Of a stretch of 64,000 nt of DNA, positions 58,128 to 64,000 are shown in pieces. The notes beneath the pieces were generated by a model. That model saw only the letters and a list, made by a program, of their open reading frames with translations. It searched no databases and had not been told where the DNA came from. The DNA is taken from NCBI GenBank assembly GCA_965215505.1, contig OZ244065.1, forward strand, positions 1,600,001 to 1,664,000, given 5' to 3'. Each line of letters opens with the position of its first letter. The first letter of the stretch is position 1. A program made the translations under genes and the position numbers. Origin of the DNA: Capsulimonadaceae bacterium. GTDB lineage: Bacteria; Armatimonadota; Armatimonadia; Armatimonadales; Capsulimonadaceae.

Positions 58128-58754
58128 ATGCAATCACTCACCGAGAAGCAGCGGCAGATCCTTGAAGTCGTCCGCACCCATATCGAACAGCGTGGTCACG
58201 CGCCCACGGTCCGTGAGATCGGCGCGCAGGTCAGCCTCAGTTCCTCCTGCACCGTCAAGAAGCACCTGGACAGCCTGGAAGCCAAGGGCTTCCTGCGGCG
58301 CGACCGCTACAAGCGGTCCCTGGACCTGATGGAAGGCGGCGAGCGCCTGACAATGGGCCGGGCGGTCTGCGTCCCCCTGCTGGGGCGCGTTGCGGGTGGC
58401 GCACCCATCCTGGCGGAGCAGTCGCAAAGCCCCGAGATGCTGCCGATCCCCGCTACCCTTCTGCGACGCGGCGACCAGGGGGGGCGGAACCTGTTCGCCC
58501 TGGAAGTGTATGGGGATTCGATGCGGGACGCGGGGATCGGGGACGGCGACATCGTGATTGCCCGCCGGCAGAACACGGCGGGGGACGGCGACATCGTGGT
58601 GGCGCTTCTGGGCGAGGAGGCGACGGTGAAGACGTTCTACCGGGAAGTGGATGGCGTGCGGCTCCAGCCGGAGAACCCCGACTATGAGCCGATCTTCGCC
58701 GCCGACGTGACGATCATGGGCAAGGTGGCGATGGCGATTAAACGGTTTTCATAA
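58128..58754 (+). CDS. lexA: SOS repressor LexA
   Basis: PTVREI, GRVAGGAP, GDSM, ATVK. Confidence 0.95.
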   Translation: MQSLTEKQRQILEVVRTHIEQRGHAPTVREIGAQVSLSSSCTVKKHLDSLEAKGFLRRDRYKRSLDLMEGGERLTMGRAVCVPLLGRVAGGAPILAEQSQSPEMLPIPATLLRRGDQGGRNLFALEVYGDSMRDAGIGDGDIVIARRQNTAGDGDIVVALLGEEATVKTFYREVDGVRLQPENPDYEPIFAADVTIMGKVAMAIKRFS

Positions 58755-58770
58755 GAGCGAACGAAGGGAG

Positions 58771-58838
58771 AGGGCGCACCCCCGTGTGCGCCCCTACGGC
58801 GTCGGCATCGTGTAGGGGCGAACCTCGTGTTCGCCCCT
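58771..58838. repeat. pair of inverted GTAG-type REP hairpins
   Basis: AGGGCGCAC-cccc-GTGTGCGCCCCTAC region and GTAGGGGCGAACCTCGTGTTCGCCCCT. Confidence 0.8.
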
Positions 58839-60554
58839 TCCCATGTGTCCACTCTCCCCAATGCTCGGCTGTGGGGCCGCACGCCGCCGGAGGATCGTCA
58901 GCGCGAACCCATAGGAGGCCAGCCCGACGGCGAAGTAAATCAGGCCCGTGCCCACCCAGAGCGGCCAGGCATTATAGCCGGCCATGCCGACGGCGGCGGC
59001 GATGTTGTCGCGGCCGAACGTCATGTGGCTGCCGAGCGCGTCCGTGAGTTGCCAGAGCGGGACGAAGGGGCACAGGTAGAGCGAGTTGACGGCAGGGTTG
59101 TGCGCCGCCGCGCTGGCGTCCATGCCGCTGAGGAGGGCATAGGAGAAGAACGGCAGCGCGACGGCGAGAACGACCGTCAGGTACAGAAGCGTCAGCGACG
59201 ACCAGCGGTTCCCCAGCAGGACCGAGAGCAGGAAGCCAAGCCCCGCGATCCCGAACACGACCAGGGCCAGCATGAGGGAACCCTGGAGGAGTACGTCCGT
59301 CACCCGCGCCCCGGTCGTGCCGGACGCCAGGGGCGCGGCGGCGAGCAGCGGCGGCGGCCCACCCCCGAAGCGCGTCAGAAAGGGGGGCGGCGCGAGGCTC
59401 CCCAGGTGCGTCGCGGCGAAGGTCAGACCCAGCACCAGGGCGGTCAGCAGCAGGGCGAACGGCAGGCCGGAGGGCAGGGTCGCGTCCCCGAAGATATGGC
59501 CCGGCGACCACGCCCGCGCGAGAGCCTGCCCCTGCCCCCGCCCCCCCCACCCTTCCAGGTCCCCCGTCACGAGGATGGGCACGAAGAGCAGCAGGACGCT
59601 GGCGACGAGGAGGAGCAGGAACAGCACCTGCTGGTCGGTCGTCACCGACCCGCCCGCCGGCAGCCCCCGCAGGATTCCCGCCCCGAAGAAGACGATCAGG
59701 CCCGCGAACAGCAGCGTCACCAGCCGCAGCGGGGCCGCGCGCCGGGAGGGGAAGTCCTCCAGGCGGTTGATGCAGGCCAGGACGAGGACCGCGCTCAGGG
59801 TGCCGTTCAGCAGCAGGGCGGGCACCCAGGCGGGCAGAGTCCAGCCGTAGTAATGTTCGGGAACGACCGCGCCCGTCACCGCCCCGACGGGGTTCAGGGC
59901 ACACAGCCCGAAGCTCCCCTGGAAGCCGCCGCCGAACACGACGGGGGCGGCGAAGGGGGCGGTCACGACGAAGAAGACGATCAAGGTGGCGTAGGACAGG
60001 ACCGTCGCGGTCGCCGTGCTGGCGGCATAGGCAGACCAGCACAGGCCGACGGCCCCGAAGAGGAAGGCGTCCCCGACCAGCAGGATGTAGGCGAAGAAGA
60101 CCTCGCCGGGCGAGACGCCGCCCAGCAGGAAGCACAGCGACAGCAGCGGGAGCGAGGAGGTCAGGAGCAGCGCGACGAACGAGACCGACGAGGCCAGCTT
60201 GCCCCAGACGATGGCGCGCGGCCTCAAGATGGTCCCGCGCAGCATCTCGAACGTCCGCTGCTCGCGCTCGACCGAGATGGCCCCGGCCGTCAGGGCGGGC
60301 GTGATCAGGGCGATCATCACGGCCTGCGAGTAGAAGAGGATCTGGAAAAAGGTCCGGCCGACCGTGAAGCCCGCCGACGCGCCCCCCCGCTCCATCTCGT
60401 TGGAATGCTGGTTCCACCAGCCGAGGTAGGGGAAGAAGAGGATCAGGGAGAGCAGGAGCAGGTAACCGAAGAGCAGCCAGTACGTCCGCGTCCCCCGCAT
60501 CCGCCCGCGCAGCTCTTTGGTGATGACCGGGTTGTCCAGGGTCCAGCTTGGCAT
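58794..60554 (-). CDS. ABC-2 type transporter permease-like protein
   Basis: NPVITKELRGRMR, AGAISVEREQRTFEML, IVWGKL; many TM helices. Confidence 0.85.
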   Translation of the reverse strand: MPSWTLDNPVITKELRGRMRGTRTYWLLFGYLLLLSLILFFPYLGWWNQHSNEMERGGASAGFTVGRTFFQILFYSQAVMIALITPALTAGAISVEREQRTFEMLRGTILRPRAIVWGKLASSVSFVALLLTSSLPLLSLCFLLGGVSPGEVFFAYILLVGDAFLFGAVGLCWSAYAASTATATVLSYATLIVFFVVTAPFAAPVVFGGGFQGSFGLCALNPVGAVTGAVVPEHYYGWTLPAWVPALLLNGTLSAVLVLACINRLEDFPSRRAAPLRLVTLLFAGLIVFFGAGILRGLPAGGSVTTDQQVLFLLLLVASVLLLFVPILVTGDLEGWGGRGQGQALARAWSPGHIFGDATLPSGLPFALLLTALVLGLTFAATHLGSLAPPPFLTRFGGGPPPLLAAAPLASGTTGARVTDVLLQGSLMLALVVFGIAGLGFLLSVLLGNRWSSLTLLYLTVVLAVALPFFSYALLSGMDASAAAHNPAVNSLYLCPFVPLWQLTDALGSHMTFGRDNIAAAVGMAGYNAWPLWVGTGLIYFAVGLASYGFALTILRRRAAPQPSIGESGHMGRGEHEVRPYTMPTP

Positions 60555-60638
60555 GATCGTCTCCCCCTCACATCGTCAGGTAAGAGAGTATACGGCAAAC
60601 AGGCTGCCGAATCCTTTAAGGGACTCATTGCAGGGGAT

Positions 60639-62099
60639 TCACCGGGGCTTGATCTTGACCGACGCGCTCACCATGCCGTCGAAGGCGGACATGGACGGCA
60701 TCTGGCCGCTCGCCCGCAGCCGCCGGGTCAGGGCGTCCATCTCCTTCGCCGCTTCCAGGCCGGCGGGGTCCAGGCGGCGGCACACCCCGTATTGGTTCAG
60801 CGCCCAGGCGTATTGCCCGCCCTGGGCATAGAGTCGGGCCAGCCGCAGGCGCAGATTCGGGTCGTCGAGCTTCTTCTGGGCCAGTTCCTGGGCGAAGCCG
60901 AGGTTCCGGGTGTAGTCGAACAGGCCGAGCGAGGCCGCGCGGCAGTAGGCCGCCCGTTTCCTGCTGCCGAGCCGGGCGTAGGCCGTTCCCAGGGCATACC
61001 AGATCTTCGGGTCGCCCGGCGACCACGCCTCGGCGTCTTCCAGCAGGGTGACGGCCTCGCGCGGCTTGCCCTTCCCGAGCGCGGCCCGCCCCAGTCCGGC
61101 GAGCGCAGCCGGGTCATGGGGCGAGAGTGCAAGGGCATCGTGCAGCAGTCGCGCGGCCTCGGCCTGACCTTCCGGCGATTGCGCGTGGTCCAGCAGGAAC
61201 AGGCCCAGGGCGAGCGCGGGCGCGGAGTCGTTCGGGCTGAAGGCGAGCGCCCGACGTCCGTCCCGCTCCGCCGCCGCGTCCTGATGCGCTTTGGCCTCGG
61301 TCCCGGCCAGGGCCAAGGCGCATTCGCCGCTGTGTGGGTCGAGTGCGAAAGCGCGGCGGAAGTCCGACTCGGCGAGCAGGTTCCGGGCGTCGTCGTCCCG
61401 GACACAGACCCCCAGCCCGTACCAGTAGCGGGACACGTTCGGCGCTTCCTTGACGAGCGTGGTCATGCGGCGCTCGGCCTCGTCCCCGAACCCGGCACCG
61501 TAGTAGAGCAGGGCCAGGCGGTAGCGCGCCTCATACAGCGTGGGCTGGAGTCGGACGGCCCGGCTGTAAGCGCGGAACGCCTCGTCGCTCTTCCCGCGCG
61601 TGTCCAGAATCAGGCCGAGGCTGTAAAGGGCTGGCGCGGAGCTGGGGTCGCGGGCGAGTATGGCGTTGAAGCCGCGCTCGGCGTTATCCAAGTCATTGCG
61701 GGCCAGCAGCGCGCTGGCGTCTCGGATCAGGCGGTCCGTCGGAACGGCAGGCTGTGCACTCCGCTGGTGCAGGTCGCGGACCGTCGCGGCCAGGATGTCG
61801 GGGTCCAGTGTGGCGGCGCGGGTGTAGGCGTCCTGCGCGGCCCCGGTCTGCCCCAGCCCCTGCAAGTGCAGGCCGAGGTAGTAGAAGACGCGCGCGTTGT
61901 TCGGCTCCCGGCGCGAGGCCGCCTGGAGCTGGTCCAGCGAGGCCGCCTGCAAACGCCGTTCCTGGAGGGCCGGGGCCGTCCACAGGTAGGCGGCGAGGCA
62001 GGCGAGGACAGCCAGCGCCAGGAGCGGCCAGGCCTTGGGGGCGGGGCGGCGTGTGGCTCGCAGGGATTGAAGGAGGGGAGTGGTCATGGGGATCGTCAC
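60639..62099 (-). CDS. membrane-anchored TPR protein
   Basis: Repeated A.Y.LG...G....A...Y..A..L.P units. Confidence 0.88.
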   Translation of the reverse strand: MTIPMTTPLLQSLRATRRPAPKAWPLLALAVLACLAAYLWTAPALQERRLQAASLDQLQAASRREPNNARVFYYLGLHLQGLGQTGAAQDAYTRAATLDPDILAATVRDLHQRSAQPAVPTDRLIRDASALLARNDLDNAERGFNAILARDPSSAPALYSLGLILDTRGKSDEAFRAYSRAVRLQPTLYEARYRLALLYYGAGFGDEAERRMTTLVKEAPNVSRYWYGLGVCVRDDDARNLLAESDFRRAFALDPHSGECALALAGTEAKAHQDAAAERDGRRALAFSPNDSAPALALGLFLLDHAQSPEGQAEAARLLHDALALSPHDPAALAGLGRAALGKGKPREAVTLLEDAEAWSPGDPKIWYALGTAYARLGSRKRAAYCRAASLGLFDYTRNLGFAQELAQKKLDDPNLRLRLARLYAQGGQYAWALNQYGVCRRLDPAGLEAAKEMDALTRRLRASGQMPSMSAFDGMVSASVKIKPR

Positions 62100-62205
62100 G
62101 CGATTGTGGAATCGGCGCTGGAAGCCTTCCGGGTCTGCCAGTGCAGCGCCGGCCTACTCTTAAATGAAAACCGCTACGCGGTTGAAGATCGGGTGCATGG
62201 ACGGC

Positions 62206-62231
62206 GTAGGGGCGAACCTTGTGTTCGCCCT
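62206..62231. repeat. GTAG-type REP hairpin
   Basis: GTAGGGGCGAACCTTGTGTTCGCCCT, near-identical to 58812. Confidence 0.8.
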
Positions 62232-62322
62232 TCCTCTCCGCCTCCGTCCTTCGCCCTGTCCCCAACCCCGGAGGGGTTTTCACTTAGGAGTAGACCGGCG
62301 TTTCAACGCCGGGGCATCCTGC

Positions 62323-63228
62323 CTACTGCCAGTTCCCGACGCCGACGCCGGGAGCGTTCGGCCCGCCCATGTTGCAGTAGTCGTTGGTGTCATTCGCCAT
62401 GCGCTGCTCTGGGTCAATGGACTTGGTCCAGGGGAGGGTGGAACAGATGGTCAGGTTGCCGTTCGGGTCCTTCACAGTGATGGCTTTGGCATGGCCGTCA
62501 CAGTAGGCGACGACGCATTTGCCACTGTAGAAGGGCGTCCCGCTCGTGTGCTGGCCCCAGCCGCCATAGGAGGTGCCCGCCACGAGGAACGTCTGATAGC
62601 CCGAGAGTGATTCCTCCAAGTGCCACTTGCTCCTAGGGGAAGTGCTGCCGGTCCAGTCAGGTGGGAGAGCAGCCCCGTTCGCTTTGTCCCAGCCGCCATG
62701 CCCTTCAATCAGCATCACGCAGTCCGAGGGCGAGTTGATTGAACCGATTGATGCAGCAGTCTGCAACTGGACCTGATTGGTCACATCGGCGAAACCGGCC
62801 GCCGTCGTGCTCATATGGTGGCTCAGGATGTCGTTCATCAGCAGGCTGCAATTGCCATTGTCTGGGTTGAAGTCATTGCCGGTGGCGGAAGTCGCGTTGC
62901 CCGCAGTGCTAGAGTCGCTGAGTGAGAGGAAGATGCCGGCGCTTTTGTGGAAGGGTGCGGTGGCGTCCTGCCATTCACCAACGCCATTGGTATTGCCTGG
63001 CTTATCGCCCCAGCCGCACCGGGGCAGCTTCTCGTCCGCATCCTGCACATACTGCATGATCGCGATGCCTTCCTGCTTGGCGTTGCTAACTCCTTGAGTT
63101 CGCCGAGCGTTCTCACGAACTTTGGCGAATACGGGGAAGAGAATAGCCGCCAATATCGCTATTATAGCGATGACGACAAGAAGTTCGATGAGCGTGAAGC
63201 CGCTCCGATTTTGTCCTGTCTGTTTCAT
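62323..63228 (-). CDS. prepilin-type N-terminal cleavage/methylation protein (DUF1559-like)
   Basis: [31 protein letters not shown]-terminal YCDGHAK. Confidence 0.92.
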   Translation of the reverse strand: MKQTGQNRSGFTLIELLVVIAIIAILAAILFPVFAKVRENARRTQGVSNAKQEGIAIMQYVQDADEKLPRCGWGDKPGNTNGVGEWQDATAPFHKSAGIFLSLSDSSTAGNATSATGNDFNPDNGNCSLLMNDILSHHMSTTAAGFADVTNQVQLQTAASIGSINSPSDCVMLIEGHGGWDKANGAALPPDWTGSTSPRSKWHLEESLSGYQTFLVAGTSYGGWGQHTSGTPFYSGKCVVAYCDGHAKAITVKDPNGNLTICSTLPWTKSIDPEQRMANDTNDYCNMGGPNAPGVGVGNWQ

Positions 63229-63237
63229 CTTTGTCTC

Positions 63238-63540
63238 CTAGTTCTTGATGCCATCGAATGCGGCCTTGCTGTGTCCGCCGGTCATCTGATTGGCCTTCTG
63301 GATTTCCTCATCGGTCAGCTTGCTGTAGTCGCCGTGCGTCCGGTCGTACAGCCCTTCGATGTAGTCGTGGTTGGTCTTCGCCACGCCGGTCGGTGGGAGG
63401 ATCGGCGGTGGGCTGAAGCTCTTCTGGTAAAGCCAGCCCATGAAAAAGAGCAGGAGGACACCGGCCACGATGATGAGCGGTAGGCCAACGTTTCTCTTCT
63501 CTTTCTGCTCGGGCTTCTTGGTGCCGGGATGGATAGCCAT
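63238..63540 (-). CDS. small single-TM hypothetical protein
   Basis: RBS GAAAGGA, one TM, operonic with prepilin-type gene. Confidence 0.7.
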   Translation of the reverse strand: MAIHPGTKKPEQKEKRNVGLPLIIVAGVLLLFFMGWLYQKSFSPPPILPPTGVAKTNHDYIEGLYDRTHGDYSKLTDEEIQKANQMTGGHSKAAFDGIKN

Positions 63541-63808
63541 TGATTCGTTGTTTCCTTTCTGCATCTGAAGTCCGCGATTGTAGCGACTACTATGAGTCGA
63601 CTGTGGCTAGGCCGCAGGACAGACCAAAATGGTCTGTCCTGCGTTCCAGCAAGAGGTCTTGCCTTCGTGCTGGCTACGGCACTACCATGGTCTGTGTTGC
63701 GTACCAGTTCACTTTGTCCCAATTAGAACTATTGGCACCATCGTAGTAGTTGATTGTGCCATTCCCTGTGAATGTCACAAAACGATTTCCCGTCGTCAGT
63801 GGGTACGC

Positions 63809-64000
63809 TCAGGCGACCGTTATGATGGTCGGATTGTTTGGGTCATTCGAGAGTACAGGCGCATAGACCTCAAGCGCCGGTTTGTTGTGATTGTTGACGT
63901 TATCGACATAGAGCTGAACATGGATTGTTATGTTCGCAGCCTTGGGAAAGGTGGTCCAGTATCCGCCAGTCATCGTTGCGATGGCAGCCGGATTGCCATT
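63809..64000 (-). CDS. 3' end of a gene entering from the right edge (partial)
   Basis: Open frame NGNPAAIATMTGGYW...NNPTIITVA ending TGA at 63809-63811. Confidence 0.55.
   Translation of the reverse strand, partial: NGNPAAIATMTGGYWTTFPKAANITIHVQLYVDNVNNHNKPALEVYAPVLSNDPNNPTIITVA

Noticed and set aside
58827-62480. 1217-aa plus-strand ORF
   Set aside because: Antisense shadow of the permease and TPR genes; no recognisable motifs.

Overview
High-GC bacterial chromosomal window, probably Armatimonadota-like (inferred from a DUF1559-type prepilin protein, PEP-CTERM/exosortase, Gram-positive-type LexA boxes and a lexA-LysM pair). Core content: DUF1800/DUF1501 pair, carbohydrate enzymes, nrdR and class II RNR nrdJ, a Ser/Thr kinase, an exosortase/PEP-CTERM/glycosyltransferase cluster with three sigma54-type promoters, rsmA, a G5/3D protein, recA, lexA and an ABC permease. 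Main oddities: (1) an AT-rich insert between nrdR and nrdJ encodes a 3-TM protein followed by four tandem 52-66 aa peptides sharing a [G/A]D[P/A]GRxWx[A/P]P motif, two of them missing from the ORF track; (2) an AT-rich island at about 6.3-9.9 kb is a degenerate integron-type cassette array with no integrase in the window, carrying a ubiquitin-like/HicA-like fusion and a GreA-like/coiled-coil/glycine-zipper fusion; (3) nrdJ has short AT-rich codon patches on its catalytic motifs and is followed by a pseudogenised LAGLIDADG endonuclease; (4) a Rad52/Sak-like annealase gene follows recA. All family calls come from manual motif recognition, not database searches.
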